A stretch of 47,971 nt of DNA from Nanobdellota archaeon (GCA_043810695.1 JBDRNV010000008.1:1-47971); one strand, 5' to 3'. Shown: positions 1 through 10,949, counted from the stretch's first letter. Translations and numbers: made by a program. The notes: a model not told the origin generated them from the letters alone.

Positions 1-88
1 TGGTTATAAAAAATATTCAGAATCTAAAAAAGTTCTTGAGCAACTCAGAAAAGTTGAACAAAGAGGGAGATACAAGGAGAGGTATTAG
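1..88 (+). CDS. 3' end of a CDS entering from outside the window (...GYKKYSESKKVLEQLRKVEQRGRYKERY*)
   Basis: Open frame from position 2 to TAG at 86-88; function unknown. Confidence 0.45.
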   Translation, partial: GYKKYSESKKVLEQLRKVEQRGRYKERY

Positions 89-123
89 AAAAGGTATATA
101 AAATAAAAATTCTTTTTGTATTT

Positions 124-777
124 ATGGAAATTATTTCTCTAAAAGAAATAAAAAAATCTTTCAGAAGAAAGAATGTTTTACATAATGTAAACTTATCTGT
201 TAAAGAAGGAGAAATAATAGGACTTATAGGAAAATCTGGAAGTGGTAAATCTGTTTTAATGAAGATTATCATAGGTTTTTTAGAACCAGATAAGGGGATA
301 ATTACTATAAATAATTTGACCAAAAATAAGATTAACTTTTCTATGCAGGGTAACTCTATCTATGATTATTTAACTGTTAAACAAAACTTAAGATATTTCT
401 CTAAGATGTATGGTTTATCAAGAAAAGAGAGGAAGATAATCATACCAGAAATAATAAACAACTTAGAATTGAAAGATTTTGAAAATATTATAGTAAAAAA
501 ACTTTCAGGAGGAACTCAAAAAAGAGTAGACATAGGCTGTGCTATGATAAATGATCCAAATATCTTAATATTAGACGAACCTTTCTTAGGATTAGATCCT
601 GAATTAGTAAAAAAATTAAGCACATTTATCTGGAATTTAAACAGAAGAGGGAAAACAATAATAATTTCATCCCATGATATACCAGAACTAAGCAAAATTT
701 GTTCAAGATTCATGCTAATAAAAAATGGGGATTTAATTCTAATAAAAAAAGATGAACTAGCAGGAGTTTATAAATAA
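124..777 (+). CDS. ABC transporter ATP-binding protein (multidrug/ABC-2 type)
   Basis: Walker A GKSGSGKS, signature LSGG, Walker B ILILDEP, H-loop SSH. Confidence 0.93.
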   Translation: MEIISLKEIKKSFRRKNVLHNVNLSVKEGEIIGLIGKSGSGKSVLMKIIIGFLEPDKGIITINNLTKNKINFSMQGNSIYDYLTVKQNLRYFSKMYGLSRKERKIIIPEIINNLELKDFENIIVKKLSGGTQKRVDIGCAMINDPNILILDEPFLGLDPELVKKLSTFIWNLNRRGKTIIISSHDIPELSKICSRFMLIKNGDLILIKKDELAGVYK

Positions 778-2288
778 TGGTTAAAAGAATATCTGCGATA
801 ATAAAAAGAAATTTGCAAATTTATTCCAATTCTAAGCTCTCTTCTTTAATTATAATTTTAGGCCCATTAATTTTAATATTGATGGTTAGTTCTTTATTAC
901 AAGATACTTCTTTAAAAAATATCAATGCGGGGGTTTTTTCTCAAGAAGAAGGAACCTTCAAGGATAATTTCATAAATAGATTAAATGAAAGATCTTTTAT
1001 TATAAAACAAGAAGGATCTCTTGAATCCTGCAAAAAAGATGTTATTAATGAAATAACCCATGTCTGTATACATCTTAAAAAAGGTGGATTTGTTGTGCCT
1101 GGCTATAAGAATTATGATATTGACATATATGTAGACTTTTCTAAACAAAATATAGTTTGGGGCATTATTGGGTCAATTCAAGGAATAATAGAACAAGAAT
1201 CATCTTCTACAAGAGAGGCTGTAATTAAAGATATAAAGAATGATGTAGAATCCTTAAATAGTAAATTAATAGCTATAGAAAATACCTTGAATGTTGCTTT
1301 ATCCATAACAACTTCTTTTAGAGAAAAAAGTTCTAGTATTACTACTGAGATAAATGATTTAAAATTAATTCTTTCCAGTACAAAATCTGTTCTTCAGGGA
1401 ATAAACTCAATCCAATATTCTTTAGAAATATCTAATTTAATAAATCAGTTAGATTCTTCTGAACAAAAGTTAGAAAGTCTTGAACAAAATATTCCCTCAG
1501 AAAGTGAAATAAGAAATTTAGAAAATGAATTAAAAGAGATCAAAAGTTCTGTAACTGATCTTAAACAAGAGATTAATGGAATCAAAGAAATTAATGTAAA
1601 CAGATTAGCAGATCCGATAGTTCTCTCATATTATTCTGTTTCTGAAGATGGTGAATCCGGAGTGTCAAAAGGTAAGTTAGAAATTTTAGATTATCTTTTT
1701 CCAAGTTTTTTGATTTTCTTTTTATTATTTGGATCGCTATTATTCACCATAACAACGATTATAAGAGAAAGGAAATCTAATGCTTATATTCGCAACATCA
1801 CAAGCATAAATAATAGATTTATATTTCTCTTTGGTAATTTTTTAACAATAGTATTTTTGGTTTTTTTTCAAACCCTTATAATAATTTCAGTGGCTAGTTT
1901 ATTTTTAAATGTAGATATTTTCGCAAATATTTTTTCATTATTAGGAGTTACATTAATCTCTATAATAATTTTTACATTAATGGGAATTGCTCTAGGATAC
2001 CTTTTTAATTCTTATGAATCTGCAACTATAGCTTCTATATCTGTTGCATTATTGCTATTAATTTTCTCCTCTGCAATAATTCCTATAGAAACTTTGCCAA
2101 AAATATTCTATGAAATAATAAAAGTATCTCCCTTAACCTTATTAGAATCAAAAATGAGAGTCATCTTAATGTTTGGTAGTATTTTAAAAATGAAATTAAT
2201 TGAAATAATCTCTTTATCTTCAGTATTTATTATCTCAATAATAGCTATTTTACTTTTTTACAATAAGAATGAGGAAAAGGAAATATAA
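777..2288 (+). CDS. ABC-2 type permease with extracellular coiled-coil region
   Basis: N-terminal TM helix, large soluble domain, several C-terminal TM helices, IIRERK motif; start overlaps the ATPase stop (TAATG). Confidence 0.85.
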   Translation: MVKRISAIIKRNLQIYSNSKLSSLIIILGPLILILMVSSLLQDTSLKNINAGVFSQEEGTFKDNFINRLNERSFIIKQEGSLESCKKDVINEITHVCIHLKKGGFVVPGYKNYDIDIYVDFSKQNIVWGIIGSIQGIIEQESSSTREAVIKDIKNDVESLNSKLIAIENTLNVALSITTSFREKSSSITTEINDLKLILSSTKSVLQGINSIQYSLEISNLINQLDSSEQKLESLEQNIPSESEIRNLENELKEIKSSVTDLKQEINGIKEINVNRLADPIVLSYYSVSEDGESGVSKGKLEILDYLFPSFLIFFLLFGSLLFTITTIIRERKSNAYIRNITSINNRFIFLFGNFLTIVFLVFFQTLIIISVASLFLNVDIFANIFSLLGVTLISIIIFTLMGIALGYLFNSYESATIASISVALLLLIFSSAIIPIETLPKIFYEIIKVSPLTLLESKMRVILMFGSILKMKLIEIISLSSVFIISIIAILLFYNKNEEKEI

Positions 2289-2308
2289 TTAAAATTCTAA
2301 TTTTTTAA

Positions 2309-2381
2309 TAGCCCCACCAGGATTCGAACCTGGGTCTCAGGCGCCAAAGGCCTGCATACTTGACCACTATACTATGGGGCT
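2309..2381 (-). tRNA. tRNA-Gln(TTG)
   Basis: Reverse complement AGCCCCATAGTATAGTGGTCAAGTATGCAGGCCTTTGGCGCCTGAGACCCAGGTTCGAATCCTGGTGGGGCTA folds as a cloverleaf; anticodon loop CT-TTG-GC; A1-U72 pair typical of archaeal tRNA-Gln. Confidence 0.95.
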
Positions 2382-2472
2382 AAACCTTCATACCGCTATA
2401 TTTTTATCTAAGATTAAGGGTATTAAAAACTTTGTTTGGTTAGTTTTTAAGATTAATAATAATTGTTAATAA

Positions 2473-3267
2473 TTACTTAAACACCTGATTATAAAAAAGT
2501 TCCCTGTTGACTTCCTGTCTGCTAGGGGTTATTTTTCCAAAGAAATCTCTAAAACTCGATTGCTTGTATTTTTCTCCAACCAAAGTAGCTGCTAATTTTT
2601 TGTATTCAATACTTCCTTTTGAATTTGGCTTAGCTGTTATATAAGACTCCATATCTGCAAGAGACCTAAGAACATTTACATCATAAGGAATAACAGCAAG
2701 CACTGGCAAATCCAATGTCTTTTCAACATCCTTTAAGGAAACTTCAAAATTTTTATTATGCACTTTATTAAGAATAAGTCCTAATATAGGAGTTCCTCTC
2801 TGCTTTGCAAGTTTTATGGCCTTTATTGTTGCGCTTAAAGTGGTATGGTCTGGCGTTGTTACAACAAGAATTTCATCAGAAGCAAGCATAACTGCAAGTG
2901 TTTCCTCATTCAGTGAGGGGGATGAATCAACTAGAATAATATCATAACTTCTTTTAAAATTACGAATCCTGTCCTTTAATTTTAAAGGATTAACCTCTAT
3001 TTTTTCAAATATAGAAGAGGGCATTACATGAAATTTGCCATAATCATAAATCGCCTCTCTTGGATGTGCAGTGCTATTAAGAACATGATGAAGTGTTTTT
3101 TCAGGGCTTAAAATATTAAAATGAAGTCCAAGAGTTGGAGAAGATAAATTTCCGTCAATCAAAAGAACTTTTTTTCCAATTTCTGAAAATGCAGAGCCTA
3201 AAGAAGCCACAACGCTTGTTTTTCCAACTCCACCCTTTAAACTCACCACACCAATAATCTTCCCCAT
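2473..3267 (-). CDS. minD: MinD/ParA-family ATPase
   Basis: Deviant Walker A KGGVGKTS, LLIDGN, ILVDSSP, LILNKV. Confidence 0.85.
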   Translation of the reverse strand: MGKIIGVVSLKGGVGKTSVVASLGSAFSEIGKKVLLIDGNLSSPTLGLHFNILSPEKTLHHVLNSTAHPREAIYDYGKFHVMPSSIFEKIEVNPLKLKDRIRNFKRSYDIILVDSSPSLNEETLAVMLASDEILVVTTPDHTTLSATIKAIKLAKQRGTPILGLILNKVHNKNFEVSLKDVEKTLDLPVLAVIPYDVNVLRSLADMESYITAKPNSKGSIEYKKLAATLVGEKYKQSSFRDFFGKITPSRQEVNRELFYNQVFK

Positions 3268-3351
3268 AAATAATAATATAAATTCAATGTTTAAAATCTT
3301 TTACTTTTAATACATAACAACCTTTAAAAACAAACTTTTACATTTTATAAA

Positions 3352-3708
3352 ATGCCTAAAAAATTTTCAGTTAAAAAAGAAAAAAAGCCTGAAAAAATTA
3401 AGCTTTCGCAGGAAGAATTTGAGAAAAAAGTTCTGGAACTTGCTGAAAAGGGAGTAACAAGCGAGAAAATTGGAGAAGAACTAAGAAAACAAGGCATTCA
3501 TTCTAAAGAATATAATAAAAAAATATCAAAAATACTCAAGGAAAAAAATAAGTATACTCCCCCTGAATTAAAAAATATAAAAGACAAACTAGAAAAAATA
3601 AGAAAACATTATGAAAAAAACAAACAGGATAAAAAAGCCATGAGGGAGATAGAAAGAATATTTTCAGCATTAAGAAAGATTAAAAAATACCATAAAATAA
3701 AAAATTAG
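3352..3708 (+). CDS. rps15: 30S ribosomal protein S15 (uS15/S13e), short form
   Basis: VLELAEKGVTSEKIGEELR and HYEKNKQDKKA match archaeal S15; usual position upstream of a DHH gene. Confidence 0.8.
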   Translation: MPKKFSVKKEKKPEKIKLSQEEFEKKVLELAEKGVTSEKIGEELRKQGIHSKEYNKKISKILKEKNKYTPPELKNIKDKLEKIRKHYEKNKQDKKAMREIERIFSALRKIKKYHKIKN

Positions 3709-3842
3709 TAATAAAAATGGTTAGATATAAAGATTGTTAATAAAATAAGAGGAAGATAACAAGTAAAAATTATTTAAGAGCGATTTATTAATTAACAATG
3801 ATTATTCAGCAAATTAGAAATATAATATTAATTTAATTAAAA

Positions 3843-5180
3843 ATGGAAAAGGGGCAGGATTCTTTAAAAGAAAATATAAAAGACATAGCTGGAAAGTTTC
3901 TGGAAAGAATAAAAAATAAAGAAATTTTTGTTATTAGTCATTTTGATACAGATGGAATAACCTCTGCTACAATAATGATCAAAGCTTTAAAAAAATTAGA
4001 TAAAAAATTTTCTGTAAAGATAATAAAATCATTAGATGAAAATTTTATCCTAAGTCTTCCAAAAAATAAGCTTATTTTATTCTTAGATTTAGCTTCTGGA
4101 AGTTTAGATTATATAGAAAAGGCAAAACTTGAAGATGTTTTTATAATAGATCATCATGAAGTTATTCAAGAAGTTCCTGAAAGAGTAAACATAATTAATC
4201 CGTGGTTCAATGGAAAGGAAAAAATAAGCAGTGCGGGACTTGTCTATCTTTTCTGCAAAGAGATTGATCCTGAAAATAAAAAATTTGCAAAGCTCTCTGT
4301 TTTGGGTATGATAGGAGATTTAATGGAAAATTCTATAGACTCCCTCGACGATAAAATCTTTGAAGAGGGAGATATAAAAAAGAAAAGAGGTCTTCTTATA
4401 TACCCTTCAACAAGACCAATAAATAAAATTCTTGAATACAGTTCAGAGCCATATATTCCGGGCGTTACAGGAAGTCCTAGCGGAATTATCGAGTTATTAA
4501 GAGAGGCTGGAATCGAGCCCTCAAATGGAAAATACAAAAGCCTTCTAGAATTAAACGAAGATGAAATGAAAAAACTTACAACTTCAATAATATTAAGAAA
4601 TCCTATAGCAAGAAATAAAGAGATAGCTGGAAATATTTTTCTTATAAAGTTTTTTAATAAATTAGAAGATGCAAGAGAATTGAGCGCTACAATTAATGCT
4701 TGTTCAAGACTTGGAAAAAGTAGTACTGCTTTAAGATTCTGCTTGGAAATTCCAAATGCCAAAAAAGATGCAGAAGAAATACACACTCAATATAAACATC
4801 ACATTATTTCAGGCTTAGAATTTGCATCAAAAACACAAAAAATTGAGGGAAGAGGCTTTGTTATAATCAACGCCCAAAATGAAATAAAAGATACAATAAT
4901 AGGAACAATAGCAAGCATTCTTTCAAATTCCTCTATTTATGAAGAAGGCACAATAATAATAACAATGGCTTATTATGAGGATAAAATAAAAATTTCTGCA
5001 AGAAATGTTGGAAGAAACGGGAGAAATGTCCGGGAGTTACTTAATAATGTAATAAAAGAGGTTGGTGGAGAAGTCGGAGGGCATGAATTTGCAGCAGGGG
5101 GGATAGTCAACAAGGATAAAGAAAAAAAGTTTATTGAAATGTTAAAAAAAGAGTTAGAATTAGAAGTAATAAAAATCTAA
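3843..5180 (+). CDS. DHH-family RecJ-like exonuclease/phosphoesterase (GAN/HAN-like)
   Basis: HFDTDG, LDL, IIDHH, IGD and C-terminal GGHEFAAG (DHHA1) motifs. Confidence 0.9.
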   Translation: MEKGQDSLKENIKDIAGKFLERIKNKEIFVISHFDTDGITSATIMIKALKKLDKKFSVKIIKSLDENFILSLPKNKLILFLDLASGSLDYIEKAKLEDVFIIDHHEVIQEVPERVNIINPWFNGKEKISSAGLVYLFCKEIDPENKKFAKLSVLGMIGDLMENSIDSLDDKIFEEGDIKKKRGLLIYPSTRPINKILEYSSEPYIPGVTGSPSGIIELLREAGIEPSNGKYKSLLELNEDEMKKLTTSIILRNPIARNKEIAGNIFLIKFFNKLEDARELSATINACSRLGKSSTALRFCLEIPNAKKDAEEIHTQYKHHIISGLEFASKTQKIEGRGFVIINAQNEIKDTIIGTIASILSNSSIYEEGTIIITMAYYEDKIKISARNVGRNGRNVRELLNNVIKEVGGEVGGHEFAAGGIVNKDKEKKFIEMLKKELELEVIKI

Positions 5181-5217
5181 AGAATAACTTTATTAAATTA
5201 GATAATTTTATATTTTA

Positions 5218-5793
5218 ATGGGAAAACATGTCCAACAGATTTCTAAAACTCAAAAAGATCTAATAAATTATTTTTATAATATGGGAGAATATGATTTACC
5301 TATTTTAGGAAAATTGGATAAATATACCTTTAATGAAGGAGCTGGAACAAAAAGTTTTATCTTGCGGCAGTTAGGCAATGAAAAATTTAGAAGAAAAAGA
5401 GAATTATATGGAAAATTTTATAGCGATGAACTTATAAAACCAAAAGACTTATATAAAAAATTTGGAAATAATCCAAATCTTGGAGACGAAATAGAGGATT
5501 TAGTAGATAAGAATATATTAAGAATTGTATCCTTAACAAAAGATGAATATGTTCTAACAAGAAAAGGAGTTAAAACGCTTAAAAAATTAAGAGAAGAAGC
5601 TCCATCAGAATTAGAAAAAATTGCTGCAGCTTCTATAATTTTAATAGGATTTATTTTTGTATTCTCGCAAAAATCCTTTTTATCTGGAATGGCTATTATA
5701 TCATTCACAAATTTAGATAATTTATTAGGCATAGGATGGGTTATAATTATTATTGGCTTATTATTTTTATTTAAAATTAATATTAAAAAATAG
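5218..5793 (+). CDS. Hypothetical protein, possible winged-helix region plus two C-terminal TM helices
   Basis: LVDKNIL...YVLTRKG resembles a wHTH wing; hydrophobic C-terminus. Confidence 0.55.
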   Translation: MGKHVQQISKTQKDLINYFYNMGEYDLPILGKLDKYTFNEGAGTKSFILRQLGNEKFRRKRELYGKFYSDELIKPKDLYKKFGNNPNLGDEIEDLVDKNILRIVSLTKDEYVLTRKGVKTLKKLREEAPSELEKIAAASIILIGFIFVFSQKSFLSGMAIISFTNLDNLLGIGWVIIIIGLLFLFKINIKK

Positions 5794-5834
5794 CATTTCA
5801 ATAGATTTAAAATCCCTAATTCTATTTCTAAAAC

Positions 5835-6548
5835 ATGGATTTAGAAGTTGGGGATATTGTTTTATGCACTGTAGATAGGATAATTGGGACTAATGTATTT
5901 GTGAAAATACCTTTAAATAACCGGGAAGTAGAAGGTTGTATTGTTACAAGTGAAATTGCACCTGGTAGAATAAGAAACATAAGGGATTATGTTGTTCCAA
6001 AGAAAAAAATAGTCTGCAAGATTCTAAGAATATCTGGAGACAGAATTGATTTATCATTAAGAAGAGTAACCCAAAAAGAACAGAAGGAGATAAAAGAAAA
6101 AGATAATCAGGAAAAAAGTTATGAAAGCATATTAAAAAGCGTTTTGGGTGAAAAAAGTAGAGAAATAATAGAAAAAATTCAAAAAAAAGAAAATATTTAT
6201 AATTTTTTACAGGAGGCAAAGGAAAACACAAAAGAACTCGAAAAAATAGCTGGTGAAGAAAATGCAAAAAAAATAATTGATATATTAAAAACACAAAAAC
6301 AAAAAAAGGCTATTTTAAAAAAAGATATATTTCTTACTACGATAAAGCCTGATGGGATTATTCTGATAAAAAATTTTCTGGGAAATATAAAAGGAGTTGA
6401 AATAAAATATATTTCAGCTGGAAAATATTTTTTAAGGAGTGAATCAGAAGACATAAAAAAAACAGATCAAAAATTACAAAAAATTCTTATAGAACTCGAA
6501 AAAGAAGCAAAAAATAAAGGAATTGAGTTTAGTATTCAAAAGAAGTAA
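5835..6548 (+). CDS. eif2a: Translation initiation factor 2 alpha subunit (aIF2-alpha)
   Basis: S1 domain GDIVLCTV...SEIAPGRIRNIRDYV...IDLSLRRV; C-terminal YISAGKY; nop10 nearby. Confidence 0.9.
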   Translation: MDLEVGDIVLCTVDRIIGTNVFVKIPLNNREVEGCIVTSEIAPGRIRNIRDYVVPKKKIVCKILRISGDRIDLSLRRVTQKEQKEIKEKDNQEKSYESILKSVLGEKSREIIEKIQKKENIYNFLQEAKENTKELEKIAGEENAKKIIDILKTQKQKKAILKKDIFLTTIKPDGIILIKNFLGNIKGVEIKYISAGKYFLRSESEDIKKTDQKLQKILIELEKEAKNKGIEFSIQKK

Positions 6549-6668
6549 AAAGAAACAAATTTTTTTATTGATTGATGAAAATAAAAACCATAAGACTTAA
6601 AAAGATACTTTTTTATGAAATATCATAAATAAAATAGGGAAACTAAAGAATTCACTTAATAAATTAAG

Positions 6669-7088
6669 ATGAATAAAGAAAAAAGAATAAATAATTTTCA
6701 GGTAATAATTTTGGGTATAATTTTTGATCCAAAAACAAGAAGAATTCTAATTGGAAAAAGGAAAAATGATCCATATTTTCCTCAGGTAAGCTGGTGTTTT
6801 CCAGGAGATAGTCTTACAAATGATGGAGAAATAAACAAAACCTTAAAAGAAAAAATTAAAGAGCAAACAGGATTAATAGTTAAAAATTTAGGGGCTGTAT
6901 TCTCTAAAACATATGAAGAAAAAAGAGATTTATTAGCTGTTTATTTTTTATGTGAAGCTATTAATGGAAAGGAAAAGGAAGGAGGAGACCTAAAGGAAAT
7001 CAAATGGGTAAAACCAGCTGAAATAGAAAAATATTTTACAACTTCTTTCCATCCAAGGTTAAAAGAATATCTAGTTAGTATAGGATGA
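6669..7088 (+). CDS. NUDIX-fold hydrolase with degenerate Nudix box
   Basis: WCFPG...TLKEKIKEQTGL resembles GX5EX7REUXEEXGU. Confidence 0.75.
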   Translation: MNKEKRINNFQVIILGIIFDPKTRRILIGKRKNDPYFPQVSWCFPGDSLTNDGEINKTLKEKIKEQTGLIVKNLGAVFSKTYEEKRDLLAVYFLCEAINGKEKEGGDLKEIKWVKPAEIEKYFTTSFHPRLKEYLVSIG

Positions 7089-7213
7089 AATTGAAAAAGT
7101 GCAAACAATGCAAAGCATATACTTTAGAAGAAAAATGTCCAAAATGCAGTAATAAGACTTCTGATGCACATTATAAATTTATTAAGATAAAGATGCCTGC
7201 TGAAGAAAAATAA
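7085..7213 (+). CDS. nop10: Nop10-like H/ACA RNP zinc-ribbon protein (42 aa; not in ORF track)
   Basis: MKLKKCKQCKAYTLEEKCPKCSNKTSDAHYKF...: CxxC-YTL-CPxC pattern, downstream of aIF2-alpha as is usual in archaea. Confidence 0.85.
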   Translation: MKLKKCKQCKAYTLEEKCPKCSNKTSDAHYKFIKIKMPAEEK

Positions 7214-7247
7214 CAAATTATTTAATCTCTTATACTCCTAATCTCAT

Positions 7248-8468
7248 ATGGAAATTATTGCTGATTTGCATATTCATTCCAAATATGCAAGAGCGACAAG
7301 CAAAAACATTTCAATAGAAAATCTTGAAAAATACGCGAGAATTAAAGGATTAAATCTGCTTGGAACAGGAGATTTTCAGCATGCATTAAGGAGAAAAGAA
7401 ATTGATGAAAAATTAACAGAAGATGATAAAGGAATATTATGGACAAAAGATGGATTTCCTTTTTTATGGCAGACAGAAATAAGTTTAATGTTTTTTCAGA
7501 ATGAAAAAAGAAGAGCTATTCATCTGCTTGTATTTGCTCCAAATTCAAAAACAGCTGATAAAATAACATTATATCTTAGCTCAAAAGGAAGAATTGATTA
7601 TGATGGAAGGCCTATATTTGGAATATCATGCACGCAGTTTGTCAAAGATTTAAAAGAGATAGATGATAAGATAGAGATTATTCCTGCACACTGTATGACT
7701 CCTTGGTTTGGACTTTACGGAAGTAAAAGTGGTTTTGATTCTATTAAAGAATGTTTTGGGGAGCAAGCAGATAAGATTTACGCTATAGAATCTGGAATAA
7801 GTGCAGACCCTGGAATGCTATGGAGAATTAATGAAAATGTTAATATTGTAAGTTTCAGTGATGCACATTCATTTTGGCCCTGGCGTATGGGCAGAGAAGC
7901 CACAATATTTGATATTGATGAATTAAGTTATGATAATATAATCCAAGCTATTAGAACAGGAAAAGGTTTGAAAGCCACAATAGAAACTCCTCCAACATAT
8001 GGAAAATATCACTGGGATGGGCACAGAAATTGTAATTTCTCATGCTCTCCAGAAGAAACCAAAAAGCTTAACAGAAAATGCCCTGTTTGCAAAGGAGATT
8101 TAACAATAGGTGTTGATTACAGAGTTGAAGAAATTTCAAAGGAAAAAATAGGATACAAAACTAAAAACGCAAAATCTTATCATTCATTAGTTCCACTTCA
8201 TGAATTAATCGCTATTAGCTTAGGAAGCACGCTAGCAAGCAAGAAAACAGGAGAGTTGTATAATTTCTTTATAGAAAGGCTTGGAAATGAGTTTAATATT
8301 CTTTTAAAGACAGAAAGAGAAGAACTGATAAAGATATTACCAAAAAATGAAAAGCTTGTTGAACTTATTCTAATGAACAGAAATAATAAACTACAGATAA
8401 AGCCTGGTTATGATGGAACATATGGTGAGATAGTATTAAGTGATAAACAAGCTAAATTGCCCATATAG
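7248..8468 (+). CDS. Endonuclease Q family PHP-domain DNA repair nuclease
   Basis: ADLHIHSKY, GTGD, IPAH, SDAHS, GKYHWDGHRNC, CPVC, PGYDGTYG. Confidence 0.85.
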   Translation: MEIIADLHIHSKYARATSKNISIENLEKYARIKGLNLLGTGDFQHALRRKEIDEKLTEDDKGILWTKDGFPFLWQTEISLMFFQNEKRRAIHLLVFAPNSKTADKITLYLSSKGRIDYDGRPIFGISCTQFVKDLKEIDDKIEIIPAHCMTPWFGLYGSKSGFDSIKECFGEQADKIYAIESGISADPGMLWRINENVNIVSFSDAHSFWPWRMGREATIFDIDELSYDNIIQAIRTGKGLKATIETPPTYGKYHWDGHRNCNFSCSPEETKKLNRKCPVCKGDLTIGVDYRVEEISKEKIGYKTKNAKSYHSLVPLHELIAISLGSTLASKKTGELYNFFIERLGNEFNILLKTEREELIKILPKNEKLVELILMNRNNKLQIKPGYDGTYGEIVLSDKQAKLPI

Positions 8469-8579
8469 CTGTTAACATAGCCATTAACTCTAGATAAATT
8501 TCAATAAGTAAGCTACAATAAAGATATATTGTAAATCTTAAACATAATCATTAAAAAGCGAAAAATCCTGTCTTTTTGT

Positions 8580-9347
8580 ATGAGTAATCTTGTTGAATCA
8601 TTAAAATATTTAACTGTATTATTCCAAATGAGAACTAATTATTTTAGTTATATAAAAGCCATATTTTTATACAGATTAAAGCGCAAAATAGAATTTCCAA
8701 AGGCAATAGTTAAACTTAATGGAGCAGAATTTATAACTAGGAAAAATAGCATGGATATTGCACATTTATCAAATCTTTACGAAAGAGAAACAACCAAACT
8801 ATTATTAAATTTAAATCCGAAGATTTTCGTGGATATTGGAGCACATATAGGAAGATTTTCTGTAATTCTGGCGAATAAAAAATCCAAAGTTATTGCTATA
8901 GAACCAAGCACAGCTAATTTCGAACAATTAAATAAGAATATAAAATTAAATAATTTACAAGATAAAATAAAAGTTCTTAATGTTGGATGTTCAGATAAAA
9001 ATGGGAATAAAGCCTTATATTTTGTCCCTCATAACGAAGGATTAACTTCTCTTGAAAAAAAAGAAGGAACAAAAAAAGAAATCATTAAGGTAAAGAAATT
9101 GGATAACATTTGCAATAATCTTCATTTAAATCCAAATCAGATAGATATCATAAAAATTGATGTAGAAGGTTTTGAATTAAATGTTCTGAAGGGAGCATTA
9201 AATATACTTAAAAAAGGTGCGCCCTTATTAATTGTGGAAATAACAGATAAAAGAAAAGAAAAGCCAATAAAAGAGTTCCTCAATAAATTAGGCTTTATTA
9301 ATAAAAAAATTCTTGATTTAAGAAATTTTATTTTTGTAAAAAAATAA
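8580..9347 (+). CDS. FkbM-family SAM-dependent methyltransferase
   Basis: FVDIGAHIG, AIEP, IKIDVEGFE motifs. Confidence 0.9.
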   Translation: MSNLVESLKYLTVLFQMRTNYFSYIKAIFLYRLKRKIEFPKAIVKLNGAEFITRKNSMDIAHLSNLYERETTKLLLNLNPKIFVDIGAHIGRFSVILANKKSKVIAIEPSTANFEQLNKNIKLNNLQDKIKVLNVGCSDKNGNKALYFVPHNEGLTSLEKKEGTKKEIIKVKKLDNICNNLHLNPNQIDIIKIDVEGFELNVLKGALNILKKGAPLLIVEITDKRKEKPIKEFLNKLGFINKKILDLRNFIFVKK

Positions 9348-9353
9348 TTATTA

Positions 9354-10949
9354 TTACTTCTTATTCTTCATCACAAACCAGATTATCAAACCTGCAATAA
9401 CAGCAATAACTATTACAATCCACAACCATGTTAAATTTCCTCCTGCACCAGCACCTTCTTCTCCTTGATCACCAGTATCTACTCCTCCTGCACTAGCTGC
9501 AAGTTTTTCTGCAATTGCAAAATAACTAAATGAAGTTACTTCAACATCATAATAGTAATGGGTATTGTCTTCTGATGCAAAGGTTGTTGTAAGCTCATTC
9601 CACTTATTACCAGTTTCATCGAATTTAGAAACAACAATCTTTTCTTTAGCTAAATTATTTGTAGTTGCCCATGTCTTTTCAACTCTGAATTGAACAGTTG
9701 CCTTACTTAATTTGTCAGCTAAGTTTGTAGCGTCTATCTGAACATACTGATAAACTTTTCCTGATTTTGAAATAGAAACATCTGCTGGTTTTCCATCATA
9801 TTTCGTAACACTTACTTTAACATTTTGTGCAGCGTTATTAACTTCAATCTGTATTTGCTTTATACCAACGTCTGCATTAAAGTCTTTAACAATAGATGCT
9901 ACTCCAGGAGTCATCTGAGCGAATGAATGAACTTTTGAAGGTTGAGGTGTTGAACCAGTTGTAGATGGCAAGCCACTACCACAACTATTAGTAGAATATG
10001 TTCCTGTTGCATCACCGGCATGTCCATTACTATCCACACATGTTACAACATAAGTATAAGATGTTCCACAATTTAAACTAGATTCTGTTAAACTAGTAGT
10101 TCCTGAAACAGTTGCTCCTGATCTATCAACAGTACATGAAGCAACCCCTGTTCCAGCATCTGTTGCAGTAATTGCTAATGTTATTGAATCTTTAGCTATA
10201 GTTGTTGCAGTTAAGTCTACTACAGGAGCATTACTATCTGTAAATACAACATAAGTAATTAGTTGCCCCCAAATTCCCACAGAGTTGTTTGCATATACTT
10301 TAATTGTATTATTTCCATCCGCCATGCTCTTCAAAGATAAATTAGTAGTGTTACATGTTGCAAGAGTGGCACTTATAACTGTTAAATCAAGTGTTTGATT
10401 TGTTCCATTAACATTAACTTTACAAGCAGATGTTGTAGCCACGTTAATATCAACAAGAGTAATATTTATTGTAACATTAGTGTTATTCTGTATTGTTCCA
10501 TTAACATACCAAGGTAATGTTATTGTTGGGGCGCTATTATCAACAACTACTGTTGCACTTGTATCTGTTGTATTTCCATCAGATACTGTTGTGTTTCCAC
10601 GAGCAACTATCACCCAAAAGGTTAACGTTGCATTATCAGGTGTTCCAGCCGAATTCCAAGTAGTATTAAATCCAATATCAGTAACATTTTCTACAAAAGA
10701 TGCAATTGAAACATTTGTTCCATTTACATATGAATACAAAAACCATGCCCTTGTTAAGTTTAATGCTCCCCCATCATTTGAATCAAGAGTTGCATTAAGA
10801 ACATATGCTGTCCCCGAAATATTAGCACTTGCAACTGGTATATTTAATGTAACAGCACCAGCAGCACTCACTAAACTCATTGACAAGAAAATTATTCCGA
10901 ATAAAACAAGAATTCCCGTTAATAAAAATTTATTTTGCCTCATTTTCAA
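9354..10949 (-). CDS. Cell-surface glycoprotein with PGF-pre-PGF domain and C-terminal TM anchor
   Basis: Signal peptide, Thr/Asn-rich Ig-like region with many N-x-S/T sites, VYQYVQI...FRVEKTW...SFSYFAI, terminal TM helix plus KNKK. Confidence 0.8.
   Translation of the reverse strand: MKMRQNKFLLTGILVLFGIIFLSMSLVSAAGAVTLNIPVASANISGTAYVLNATLDSNDGGALNLTRAWFLYSYVNGTNVSIASFVENVTDIGFNTTWNSAGTPDNATLTFWVIVARGNTTVSDGNTTDTSATVVVDNSAPTITLPWYVNGTIQNNTNVTINITLVDINVATTSACKVNVNGTNQTLDLTVISATLATCNTTNLSLKSMADGNNTIKVYANNSVGIWGQLITYVVFTDSNAPVVDLTATTIAKDSITLAITATDAGTGVASCTVDRSGATVSGTTSLTESSLNCGTSYTYVVTCVDSNGHAGDATGTYSTNSCGSGLPSTTGSTPQPSKVHSFAQMTPGVASIVKDFNADVGIKQIQIEVNNAAQNVKVSVTKYDGKPADVSISKSGKVYQYVQIDATNLADKLSKATVQFRVEKTWATTNNLAKEKIVVSKFDETGNKWNELTTTFASEDNTHYYYDVEVTSFSYFAIAEKLAASAGGVDTGDQGEEGAGAGGNLTWLWIVIVIAVIAGLIIWFVMKNKK

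Noticed and set aside
4244-4786. Antisense ORFs in the track (e.g. 45-323, 4244-4786, 5418-5801, 10480-10971, 29018-29353, 40382-40864, 45083-45433, 46199-46756)
   Set aside because: They are shadows of well-supported genes on the opposite strand and show no motifs.
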